This document shows positions 1 through 8,230 of a DNA stretch of 20,000 bases, piece by piece; position 1 is the first letter of the stretch, and every line of letters starts with the position of its first letter. The stretch lies in the sequence record SRR20825006_497. One strand, written 5' to 3'. The notes beneath the pieces were generated by a model, which was not told where the DNA came from, did no database searches, and saw only the letters and a list, made by a program, of their open reading frames with translations. Both the position numbers and the translations under genes were made by a program.

Positions 1-845
1 GGCTGTGCCGGGGTGTTGGTGTGATGGGTGGCAAAGCGCCATCCGGCCTGATGCGCCAGATGCGCAAGCTGGGCTTTGCGTTCGGCCAGACGGTCCAGAT
101 AGCGGTCGCGCAGGTCGGACGCGCGCAGGGTTTCATGGCGCAACCCGCCCGCCATCGAGGTGAAAATGGTGCGCCCCTGAAAGGGAAAAGCCTCTTCGGC
201 GGGGTCGAGAATTTGGTACAACAGCCCGGTGATGCCGCGATCCGCCGCCGCCCCGATGGCGCGTTCAACCGGCTCGATCGGACCGAGGAAATCAGACAGA
301 AACACTGCGCGGGATCTGGGCAAAAACGATGTGGCGTCTGGCGCGCCGTATTCCGCGCGCTCTGGGCTTGGATCAGCGCGCAAGCCTTCGGCGATGCGCC
401 GCAATTGCAACGCGCCGATGCGTGGCGGGGTGCCCAAAGAGGCCAAAGCCACGCGTTCCCCGCCCTTCATCAAAAGGATCGCCAGCGCCATGGTCAAAAG
501 CCCGGCGCGCTCCTGTTTGGTCGGGTGATTTTTATCAGAGGAAAACCCCATCGACGCCGACAGATCGGCCCAAAGATGCACCGACTGCGCCGATTGCCAT
601 TCCTTTTCGCGCACGAAATGCCCGTCCGAGCGGCCAGAGCGGCGCCAATCAATCGACCGCCCCGCATCGCCGGGTTCTGCCGGGCGATATTGCCAAAACT
701 CATCGCCCATCCCGGCCTGACGCCGCCCATGCCCGCCCAACAAAAGCGTGCGCGCAAGCTGTTCGGCCTGCGCCTGAAGCGGCGGCAAGGGTCCGGCCAA
801 GGCTTCGGCGCGGGCGCGCAAGGAGGATGGGGGCGAAAGGCTCAC
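1..845 (-). CDS. DUF58 domain protein (MoxR-associated), 3' end runs off the window
   Basis: Manual translation from GTG at 845, which overlaps the MoxR TGA (GTGA): MSLSPPSSLRARAEALAGPLPPL...GGHGRRQAGMGDEFWQYRPAEPGDAGRSIDWRRSGRSDGHFVREKEWQSAQSVHLWADLSASMGF. This matches the DUF58 pattern G-x-EF-x-x-YR-x-x-x-PGD-x-x-R-x-IDW. It is absent from the ORF track because its stop lies outside the window. Confidence 0.9.
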   Translation of the reverse strand, partial: MSLSPPSSLRARAEALAGPLPPLQAQAEQLARTLLLGGHGRRQAGMGDEFWQYRPAEPGDAGRSIDWRRSGRSDGHFVREKEWQSAQSVHLWADLSASMGFSSDKNHPTKQERAGLLTMALAILLMKGGERVALASLGTPPRIGALQLRRIAEGLRADPSPERAEYGAPDATSFLPRSRAVFLSDFLGPIEPVERAIGAAADRGITGLLYQILDPAEEAFPFQGRTIFTSMAGGLRHETLRASDLRDRYLDRLAERKAQLAHLAHQAGWRFATHHTNTPAQ

Positions 846-1903
846 GCCGCGGACCGATTTTCCGACAGGGTGGCGGCGACCGTGTCGATGATCGAGGCCA
901 GATCTTCGCCGCGCGCACGGGCGGCAAAGGTCATCGCCATGCGGTGAATAAGCACAGGTTTGGCCATGGCGATCACATCCTCGGGGCTGGGCGCAAGGCG
1001 ACCATCCAAAAGCGCGCGGGCGCGAATGGTCAACATCAAGGCCTGAGCGGCGCGCGGTCCCGGCCCCCACGCCACAGACGCGTTGATCGCGGGCGTGGCT
1101 TCGGGTTCATGCGGACGACAGGCGCGCACCAGATCAAGGATCATCTCGACCACCTGTTCGCCCACCGGCATCTTGCGCAGCAACGCCTGAGCTTTGATCA
1201 ACTCCTCGGCGGTGAAAACGGCATGGGCCTCTTCCTCCATCGCGCCCGTGGTGGCGATCAAAATGTCACGCTCGGTGTCGCGGTCCGGGTAGGCCACATC
1301 GACTTGCACCAAGAACCGGTCCAACTGCGCCTCCGGCAACGGATAGGTGCCCTCTTGTTCCAGCGGGTTTTGCGTGGCGAGGACGTGAAACGGCGCCTCC
1401 AAATCATGCGGCTGCCCGGCGATGGTCACGGATTTTTCCTGCATCGCTTGCAACAGCGCGGATTGGGTGCGGGGGCTGGCGCGGTTGATTTCGTCGGCCA
1501 AAAGGAGCTGACAAAACACCGGACCTTCGATGAACCGAAACGCGCGGCTGCCGTCCGTGGCGGTTTCCAAGACCTCGGAGCCAAGAATGTCGGCGGGCAT
1601 CAGGTCCGGGGTGAATTGTACCCGCGCGCCTTTAAGGCCCATGACGGTCGAAAGCGTGTCGACAAGGCGGGTTTTGCCAAGCCCCGGCAGGCCCAACAAA
1701 AGCGCGTGGCCTCCGCAAAGCATGGCGGACAAGACCAGATCGACCACTGTTTCCTGACCGATGAAGCGGCGGGTGATCGAGGATTTCGCCTCCGACAGCT
1801 TCGCGCCCAGTGCTTCGATCTCAGTGACAAGATCTTCTGTGACAAGATCTTCTGTGACAAGATCTTCGGGCACAAGGCCTGTGGTGGTGGCGGTCTCGGT
1901 CAT
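842..1903 (-). CDS. moxR: MoxR-family AAA+ ATPase
   Basis: Walker A GLPGLGKT, MoxR signature RVQFTPDLMPADILG, Walker B LLADEINRASPRTQSALLQAM, ATQNPLEQEGTYPLPEAQLDRF. ATG at 1903 has GAGGTG upstream; GTG at 1912 is an alternative start. Confidence 0.95.
   Translation of the reverse strand: MTETATTTGLVPEDLVTEDLVTEDLVTEIEALGAKLSEAKSSITRRFIGQETVVDLVLSAMLCGGHALLLGLPGLGKTRLVDTLSTVMGLKGARVQFTPDLMPADILGSEVLETATDGSRAFRFIEGPVFCQLLLADEINRASPRTQSALLQAMQEKSVTIAGQPHDLEAPFHVLATQNPLEQEGTYPLPEAQLDRFLVQVDVAYPDRDTERDILIATTGAMEEEAHAVFTAEELIKAQALLRKMPVGEQVVEMILDLVRACRPHEPEATPAINASVAWGPGPRAAQALMLTIRARALLDGRLAPSPEDVIAMAKPVLIHRMAMTFAARARGEDLASIIDTVAATLSENRSAA
1824..1876. repeat. 15-bp tandem repeat GTGACAAGATCTTCT, 3 copies plus a degenerate partial fourth
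   Basis: Units at 1824-1838, 1839-1853 and 1854-1868 (last base differs), then GGCACAAG. Encodes (EDLVT)x3 in the MoxR N-terminus. Confidence 0.95.
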
Positions 1904-2007
1904 GGGCTTCACCTCTTGGGACGTTCCGTGTCACTCTTACTCTCGCCATTAGAGCGATCTATGCTGCAAAGCACAAATGACAAAGAGGTCAGAAGGGGGA
2001 TTTTCGC

Positions 2008-2571
2008 GTGACTGTCTCAGCCGAAAGCATTGCCGCCGCCATCAAGGCCGCAAAAACCCACGGTTTGCCGCCCGTGGAAAAATGGGACCCGCCGTTTTGT
2101 GGCGATCTGGATATGCGGATCGCGCGGGATGGGACGTGGTTTTATCTGGGAACACCGATTGGGCGGATCGGATTGGTGCGGTTGTTCTCAACCGTGTTGA
2201 AACGCGAAGGTGACGCCTATTTTTTGGTCACCCCGGTGGAAAAAGTCGGGATCACCGTTGAAGATGCACCGTTTTTGGCGGTGGATTTTACCGTTTCGGG
2301 CCAAGGGCAGGATCAGGTTTTGACCTTTCAGACCTCGGTGGGGGATGAGGCCGAAGCGGGGCCCGATCACCCGATGCGCTTTGCCGACCGGAACGGCGAG
2401 CCCGCGCCCTATGTGGAGATCAGGGCGGGATTGGAGGCGTTGATTGATCGCAAAAGCTTCTTTCGCCTTGTTGACCATGCTGTCACGCAGGAGATTGACG
2501 GCACGGCGATGTTCGGGGTCTGGTCCAAGGGCGTGTTTTTCCCAATCGCCCCCGTGGATGATCTCAGCTGA
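2008..2571 (+). CDS. DUF1285 domain protein
   Basis: LPPVEKWDPPFCGDLDMRIARDGTWFYLGTPIGR...LVTPVEKVGITVEDAPF...PYVEIRAGLEALIDRKSF. GTG start with GAAGGGGG upstream; divergent from moxR. Confidence 0.9.
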   Translation: MTVSAESIAAAIKAAKTHGLPPVEKWDPPFCGDLDMRIARDGTWFYLGTPIGRIGLVRLFSTVLKREGDAYFLVTPVEKVGITVEDAPFLAVDFTVSGQGQDQVLTFQTSVGDEAEAGPDHPMRFADRNGEPAPYVEIRAGLEALIDRKSFFRLVDHAVTQEIDGTAMFGVWSKGVFFPIAPVDDLS

Positions 2572-3329
2572 TGCCAAAATTTGCCGCCAACCTGTCCTTT
2601 CTGTTTAAGGAATATCCGTTTTTGGAACGGTTCGCCGAGGCGAAAGCCTGTGGTTTTGAGGCGGTTGAGGTGTTGTTTCCCTATGAGGAACCGGCGTCCG
2701 AGGTGGCCAAACGCATGGCCGATCTGAACCTCAAGATGGTGCTGATCAACACGCCGCCGCCGAATTACACCGGCGGCGAGCGTGGGTTTGCCGCCGTGCC
2801 CGGCCTTGAGGATCGGTTCCGCAAGGATTTCAAACGCGCACTCAGATATGCGCAATTCCTAGGTGCCGCGCACATGCATATCATGGCCGGAAAAGCCAAG
2901 GGGCTGGTCGCGCTTGAGACTTTTAAAAAGAACCTCGCATGGGCGGCGGCCGAGGCGCCAACCATGAGCCTGACGATTGAGCCGATCAATCCGATCGACA
3001 TGCCGGGGTATTTCCTGGATGATTTCGATCTGGCGATTGAGGTTTTGGACAGCGTGGCGGAACTGAACCTTGGGCTGCAATTTGATGCCTATCACGCCCA
3101 GATCATCACCGGCGACGCGATGCTCGCCTGGGACAAATACGCCCCCTATGTGCGCCACATCCAAATCGCCGGACCACCGGATCGACATGAACCCATCAAA
3201 GGTCTGGTCGATTATCCGGCGTTTTTCCGCGCCGTGGATGCGAGCGGCTATCAGGGCTGGATCTCTGCCGAATATATCCCGAAAAAACGCACCGAAGAGG
3301 GGCTGGATTGGTTTCGTCAGGCCCAATAG
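2571..3329 (+). CDS. hyi: Hydroxypyruvate isomerase family TIM-barrel protein (Hyi/OtnI-like)
   Basis: MPKFAANLSFLFKE..FLERF..A...GFEAVEVLFPY, IEPIN..DMPGYFL, LQFDAYHAQ, HIQIA..PDRHEP, GWISAEY. TGATG overlap with the DUF1285 stop. Confidence 0.85.
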   Translation: MPKFAANLSFLFKEYPFLERFAEAKACGFEAVEVLFPYEEPASEVAKRMADLNLKMVLINTPPPNYTGGERGFAAVPGLEDRFRKDFKRALRYAQFLGAAHMHIMAGKAKGLVALETFKKNLAWAAAEAPTMSLTIEPINPIDMPGYFLDDFDLAIEVLDSVAELNLGLQFDAYHAQIITGDAMLAWDKYAPYVRHIQIAGPPDRHEPIKGLVDYPAFFRAVDASGYQGWISAEYIPKKRTEEGLDWFRQAQ

Positions 3330-3331
3330 CC

Positions 3332-4252
3332 CTATGAGACCTCTGATCCGGGCACACAGCCCTGCCCCGGTGCCTCGACTTCAAGCGTGGAATGGGTGAT
3401 GGAGAACCGCTCTTTCAACAGGCCCTTCACCTGCGCCAGCACCACATGAGTCTCACCCGCAACAACCACATGCGCCTCGACGGAACTGCGGTGTTCGTCG
3501 ATCTGCCACAAATGCACATGATGCACGTCTTCAACGCCTTCAACTTCGCCCATTGCCGCAGCGACCTCGTCCGCCCGTGTGCCGTCTGGCGCGCCGAGCA
3601 TCAGGATGCGGATGACCGGGCGGATTTCCACAAAAGCCTGCCAGAGAATATAGAGTGAAATAGCCACCGTCAGGATCGGATCAATCAGGCGCCAATCGTA
3701 GATCAGGATCACCGCCCCGCCGAAAATCACCGCCACGGAGGTGCCCGCATCCGCGAGGTTGTGTAAAAACGCGGCGCGGATGTTGAGGCTGTTCTTCGAC
3801 ATGGAATAGGTGAGTGCTGCGGTGACCAGATCGACGGCAAGCGCGATCCCGGCGATGATGATGACGATCCAGCCTTCGATCTCCGGAGGGTTCCAAAACC
3901 GCGCCACGCCTTCGGCAAAGAGGTAAATGGAGATCACCATGAGCGTGATGTAATTGATCATCGCGGCGACCACTTCGGCGCGGCCATAGCCAAAGGTCAT
4001 GGCCCCATCGCGCGGGCGGCGGGCCAGTTTGCGGGCCCCAAAGGCGATGACCAAAGACACCGCGTCTGAGAGATTGTGGATCGCATCGGCAATCAGTGCC
4101 ATGGAGCCAGAAATCACCCCGCCAATGATTTGGGCCACGGTCAACAGCAGATTGACCCCGATGGCCGCCGCCATCCGCGCATCACCCGCCTCCGGGTCGA
4201 TGTGGTGGTGGTGGTGGCCATGAGCGGCATGGCTGTGGTGATCATGGGGCAT
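3332..4252 (-). CDS. Cation diffusion facilitator (CzcD/ZitB-like Zn/Co/Cd exporter)
   Basis: His-rich N-terminus MPHDHHSHAAHGHHHHH, CDF signature SMALIADAIHNLSD, TFGYGRAE, NIRAAFLHNLAD, C-terminal VHHVHLW...HSTLEVE. ATG at 4252 with AGGA upstream; the track start at 4327 is probably too long. Confidence 0.93.
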   Translation of the reverse strand: MPHDHHSHAAHGHHHHHIDPEAGDARMAAAIGVNLLLTVAQIIGGVISGSMALIADAIHNLSDAVSLVIAFGARKLARRPRDGAMTFGYGRAEVVAAMINYITLMVISIYLFAEGVARFWNPPEIEGWIVIIIAGIALAVDLVTAALTYSMSKNSLNIRAAFLHNLADAGTSVAVIFGGAVILIYDWRLIDPILTVAISLYILWQAFVEIRPVIRILMLGAPDGTRADEVAAAMGEVEGVEDVHHVHLWQIDEHRSSVEAHVVVAGETHVVLAQVKGLLKERFSITHSTLEVEAPGQGCVPGSEVS

Positions 4253-4326
4253 TGGACGTCCTGTCTGTTTGGGGCAAGCGGACACCCCGAGGGCGCGCTT
4301 GTCAACGGCGGGTTTTGAGTCGAACA

Positions 4327-4340
4327 TGAGCTATTGCTCA
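4327..4340. promoter_or_regulatory. Candidate TetR operator TGAGC-TATT-GCTCA
   Basis: Perfect 5-bp inverted repeat about 20 nt upstream of the TetR ATG, in the divergent CDF/TetR intergenic region. Confidence 0.5.
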
Positions 4341-4361
4341 CATTTTGGAAACTCGCATCCC

Positions 4362-4967
4362 ATGACCAACTCCACGTCCCCGCTATCGCCCCGCAAAACA
4401 CCGCGACAAGCACGCTCCAAGGCCACGGTTCATGCGATCCTTGAGGCGGCGGCTCGCATTTTGGAAACCCAAGGCGCAGACGCGGTGACCACAAATGCGG
4501 TGGCAGATCGCGCGGGCGTGTCTGTTGGATCTCTCTATCAATATTTCCCCTCAAAAGAGGCGATTTTCGCCGAGCTGATCCGACAGATACGCGCCCAGAT
4601 GCGCGACGATATTTTTCGAGCGATGGATTTTGTGGTTGGAAAGAGCCTGTCCTTTGCCATGGCGCGGCTGGTTCGGGCGGTGATCCACCACCATGTGCAT
4701 CGCGCGCATCGGGCAGACGCCCTTGAACATTTAGAAGCGCAATTGCCACCCGACCCGGACAGTTTGACCATGATGTCCCAAACCCGTGCCCGTTTGGCGC
4801 TGTGCCTGACCCAGCATAAAGTGCCGCAACCGGAGCAAGCCGCAGGCGACATTTTGAACCTCATCATTGGCATGGCCCATCCGGCACTTCATGGCGGGGA
4901 GACGGATTTTGACTCCTTGGCGCGGCGGATTGATCCGGCGGTTTTGGGGTATTTGGGGCGAATGTGA
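4362..4967 (+). CDS. TetR/AcrR-family transcriptional regulator
   Basis: PRKTPRQARSKATVHAILEAAARIL...TTNAVADRAGVSVGSLYQYFPSKEAIF helix-turn-helix. ATG at 4362 is the most plausible start. Confidence 0.93.
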   Translation: MTNSTSPLSPRKTPRQARSKATVHAILEAAARILETQGADAVTTNAVADRAGVSVGSLYQYFPSKEAIFAELIRQIRAQMRDDIFRAMDFVVGKSLSFAMARLVRAVIHHHVHRAHRADALEHLEAQLPPDPDSLTMMSQTRARLALCLTQHKVPQPEQAAGDILNLIIGMAHPALHGGETDFDSLARRIDPAVLGYLGRM

Positions 4968-5147
4968 CAAGTTCTTAATGCGCACCCTCAAAGTATGTGC
5001 ATTTTTGCAAAAACCCCTTGATATGTGCGTATTTATGAAAAATTAGCCCAAACCGCCTAACACTCACGCGAAATAACGATAATATCGCTAAATTGTGATC
5101 TGCATTTTTGCACAACACAATAGATAAAACCTGTATGTTTGTTCCCA

Positions 5148-5176
5148 TTTAAACATTTCAAACCAAGCTCTATATC
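5148..5176 (+). promoter_or_regulatory. Putative sigma70-type promoter for the 5251 gene
   Basis: TTTAAA (5148-5153), 17-nt spacer, TATATC (5171-5176) within an AT-rich intergenic region. Confidence 0.35.
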
Positions 5177-5250
5177 CATTTCATCGAGACGCGCAAAAAC
5201 ACACAGACAGCGCGTCCCCCTAAATGAAACGCTGATAAAGGACTTCTATC

Positions 5251-5592
5251 ATGACCAACTCTTTCAAAACTCTCGCTGCCGCCGCTGTTGTTGCCGTTGC
5301 TGGTTCTGCCGCTTTCGCTGGCCCGAACTACATCATCCCCGGCCAAGCTCAGTCGCTGACCTCGACCGTCAACCTTGATCTGGTACGCGCTGACACCAAC
5401 AGCACGGTTTACATCTACGATTTCCACAACGGTGAGCGCGGTGCGCTTTTGGGCTCCGAAGCTGTACACGCTGGTGCAAACACCAACGTGAAAGTGCAAT
5501 TGTCCCGTCCGGCAATTTCTGATGCGATTGTCGTTCTCTCCAACGACGGCGTCAACACGCTGGCCGTTCGCGATGTGAACAACGTTCAATAA
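5251..5592 (+). CDS. Small secreted hypothetical protein, probable beta-sandwich (DUF7282-like)
   Basis: AAAGGA RBS; Sec signal peptide MTNSFKTLAAAAVVAVAGSAAFA; alternating beta-strand pattern; GALLGSEAVHAGANTNVKVQL motif; many GCT/GTT/AAC codons; followed by a strong terminator. Confidence 0.85.
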   Translation: MTNSFKTLAAAAVVAVAGSAAFAGPNYIIPGQAQSLTSTVNLDLVRADTNSTVYIYDFHNGERGALLGSEAVHAGANTNVKVQLSRPAISDAIVVLSNDGVNTLAVRDVNNVQ

Positions 5593-5624
5593 TCTCCGCG
5601 CCCACAGCAGGGCCCAGACAAAAT

Positions 5625-5657
5625 AAACCCCCGCCGATGCGAGTCGGCGGGGGTTTT
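5625..5657. terminator. Bidirectional intrinsic terminator
   Basis: AAACCCCCGCCGA-tgcgag-TCGGCGGGGGTTTT between convergent genes. Confidence 0.9.
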
Positions 5658-5689
5658 ATGTCTCAATTATACGTCGCACTTAAGTGGGT

Positions 5690-6508
5690 TTAATCGCCAA
5701 GTTTGGCGTGAACCTCGTCCAGATCGACGTCGCCTTTGGGCATTTTATTGCCGGGGTTTTCAAAGTCGTATTGGAACAATTGGAAATCCTTTTTGTAGAT
5801 TTCCCACATCAAATGCATCGACAGATCGTCGAAATAATCCTCGACCGGGTGAAGCCGTTTTGGGCCGTGACCTTCGGATTCGTTAAACCGCGGGATCGTG
5901 GCCAAATCGACTTTATGCGGGGTCTCGATGTGATCGAGCACGTCCTGCATGCCGTCGTTGAAGGTCTCGGTAAAGAAAATCTTGTCGTAGGTGCCGCCAT
6001 TGACGATGAACGTCGAGACATGCCCGGCCATCGCGGACCAGTGAATGTCCGGGTCCATCGGCCGACGCCAGCGGATGGTATCACGCACAAACAACAGGAA
6101 CCGCCGGAAAGAAGCGATTTGATCGAACTCGTCCTTGCCGTCCTCGCCGCCAACTTCGATGCCGTATTTTTGGATCAGCTGCGGGACAAGATTGCCACGA
6201 TAGCGTTTGCCATTGCGTTGAATGCCGCAGACCTTGTCAAAAAACGATGACAGCACACGGGTATACGGATTGCGCACACAGGTGAAAGCGTAGGATTTGT
6301 GACCCTGCACATTGGCTTCGATCAACTGCTGGCTGCCCTCTTGGGCCCATTTGTGCATCCGATCTTTGCTATCATGGATGTCGCCATCGAAAAACTCGCC
6401 ATGATCGGAATAGAACATGATCTGTCCGATGGTCGAACACGCGCATTTGGGGACGACGCGATATACGACACTTTCGCTTTCTGTCATCCAAGTTCCGGGA
6501 AAGCCCAT
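5690..6508 (-). CDS. Sulfotransferase family protein (Sulfotransfer_2-like)
   Basis: 5'-PSB-like VVPKCACSTI, 3'-PB-like FTCVRNPYTRVLSSF, DIHW, C-terminal IYKKDFQLFQY. Confidence 0.85.
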   Translation of the reverse strand: MGFPGTWMTESESVVYRVVPKCACSTIGQIMFYSDHGEFFDGDIHDSKDRMHKWAQEGSQQLIEANVQGHKSYAFTCVRNPYTRVLSSFFDKVCGIQRNGKRYRGNLVPQLIQKYGIEVGGEDGKDEFDQIASFRRFLLFVRDTIRWRRPMDPDIHWSAMAGHVSTFIVNGGTYDKIFFTETFNDGMQDVLDHIETPHKVDLATIPRFNESEGHGPKRLHPVEDYFDDLSMHLMWEIYKKDFQLFQYDFENPGNKMPKGDVDLDEVHAKLGD

Positions 6509-6642
6509 ATTTTACCACAACTCCTGATATGCCACGCGTCCGTGACCCTTTTCGCTTTAAAAGCAAACTTACCTTGATTATTCAATGATTGGTTACGCTT
6601 ATATGCGAACAATGCGGCAAAAATGAGGTTACGGTTTCCAAA

Positions 6643-8220
6643 ATGGCACGAATTGCATTCATTCTCCTGTGCCACAAGGACCCTGAGGCCATCATTGACC
6701 AGGCGCGCCGCCTGACCCGCACCGGAGATTACATCTCCATTCACTTTGATGCGCGCGGCGGCAAAGAGACCTTTGAGGCGATCAAAAACGGCCTGAAAGA
6801 CAATCCGAATGTCGCCTTTGCGACCAAGCGGATCAAATGTGGCTGGGGCGAATGGAGCCTTGTGCAAGCCACGATTTACGCACTTGAAGCGGCGGAAGCG
6901 GCCTTTCCACGCGCGACCCATTTTTACATGCTGTCGGGTGATTGCATGTCGGTCAAAACGGCCGAATACATGCATGATTTCCTTGACCGCAATGACATGG
7001 ACTATATCGAAAGCTTCGATTTTTTCACCTCTGACTGGATCAAGACCGGGATCAAGGAAGAGCGGTTGATTTATCGCCATTTCTTCAATGAACGCACCCA
7101 GAAGTGGTTGTTTTATCAAATCTTTTGGTGGCAACGCCGGTTTGGCCTTGAACGCAAAATCCCCGATGATCTACAGGTTATGATCGGGTCACAATGGTGG
7201 TGTTTGCGCCGGCGCACCGTCGAGTGGATTTTGGATTTCATCAAAAAGCGCAAAGATGTCATGCAGTTTTTCCGCACGACATGGATTCCGGATGAAACCT
7301 TTTTTCAAACCCTCGTGCCGCATCTTGTGCCGGAACACGAAATCCAAACCCGCACCCTGACCTTTTTGATGTTCACCGACTACGGCATGCCCGTGGTGTT
7401 TTATAATGACCACTATGATTTGCTGATCTCGCAGGACTATCTGTTCGCCCGCAAAATTTCGCCCGAGGCGAAAGAGTTGAAGAAACGATTGGGCGATTTG
7501 TTTGCGGCCAAGGGGATTCAGTTTAAAATTTCAAATGAGGGTCGATCCCTGTTTGAATTTCTGACCGGGCGCGGCCGCGACGGGCGGCGTTTTTCTCAGC
7601 GATTTTGGGAAACCGAAAGTTCGCTGGGCCGTGACCGTGAACTTTTGATGATTGTTTGCAAAAAATGGCACGTCGCCAAGCGACTCGTCTCGCAGATCAA
7701 GGCGAAAACAGACATTCCCTGCCTCGAATATCTGTTCAGCGAAGAAAACACGCCGCTGCCGGATTTGGGCGGCATTGAAAAGAGTTTGGAAAAACGCACC
7801 CGGCACAGGCGCGCTTGGGTGCGGATGCTTTTAGATTATTTCGAAACAGACCGTATGGTCGTCTGCATTGACCCTGCCGGTCTCGACCTCATTCGCGACT
7901 TTTACAACGACCGCTCCGGCACGCGGCTGTTGGAAATCGAATGCGAGTTTAGCGATGAGTATCTGACCGGCCATGCCAAACGCACCGGGCTTGCCGGGGA
8001 TCAGACACCTGAGGACGCGTTGGAACGGCTGTTGCCAACGATCCGCGCCGACATCAATCACGAAGGCGACCGCATTCGCGACGCGGAATTTGAGAATTAC
8101 GACCGGATTTCCCAATCCAAAACCCCCGAGGAAAACGCCCGCCCGCTTGCACGTTTCCTCGACATCTCCGAAGATGACGCGCGCGAGATCGTCTCGATGC
8201 ATTATCTATTTTCCGACTGA
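6643..8220 (+). CDS. GT14 / core-2 I-branching-type glycosyltransferase with an extra C-terminal domain (DUF5927/DUF5928-like)
   Basis: MARIAFILLCHKDP, IHFDA, CGWGEWSLVQAT, FYMLSGDCM, IGSQWWCL, IPDETFFQTL, LFARK are Branch-family motifs. ATG at 6643 with GAGG upstream. Confidence 0.85.
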   Translation: MARIAFILLCHKDPEAIIDQARRLTRTGDYISIHFDARGGKETFEAIKNGLKDNPNVAFATKRIKCGWGEWSLVQATIYALEAAEAAFPRATHFYMLSGDCMSVKTAEYMHDFLDRNDMDYIESFDFFTSDWIKTGIKEERLIYRHFFNERTQKWLFYQIFWWQRRFGLERKIPDDLQVMIGSQWWCLRRRTVEWILDFIKKRKDVMQFFRTTWIPDETFFQTLVPHLVPEHEIQTRTLTFLMFTDYGMPVVFYNDHYDLLISQDYLFARKISPEAKELKKRLGDLFAAKGIQFKISNEGRSLFEFLTGRGRDGRRFSQRFWETESSLGRDRELLMIVCKKWHVAKRLVSQIKAKTDIPCLEYLFSEENTPLPDLGGIEKSLEKRTRHRRAWVRMLLDYFETDRMVVCIDPAGLDLIRDFYNDRSGTRLLEIECEFSDEYLTGHAKRTGLAGDQTPEDALERLLPTIRADINHEGDRIRDAEFENYDRISQSKTPEENARPLARFLDISEDDAREIVSMHYLFSD

Positions 8221-8230
8221 GGAAGACCCC

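Noticed and set aside
1824..1876. Repeat as a possible CRISPR array
   Set aside because: Units are contiguous with no spacers, in frame within a CDS, and no cas genes are present.
21..2011. Long + strand ORFs 21..947 (308 aa) and 329..2011 (560 aa)
   Set aside because: Antisense shadows of DUF58 and moxR; Arg/Gly-rich with no recognisable motifs, as expected in GC-rich DNA.
4200..4245. (GTG)n microsatellite
   Set aside because: Simply the poly-His codons of the CDF N-terminus.
6564..6578. TTGATTATTCAA as an FNR/FnrL box
   Set aside because: Spacing and right half do not fit TTGAT-N4-ATCAA.
7973..8230. N-terminal extension of the HIT ORF in the track
   Set aside because: It overlaps the glycosyltransferase in another frame; the real start is ATG 8231 with an RBS.
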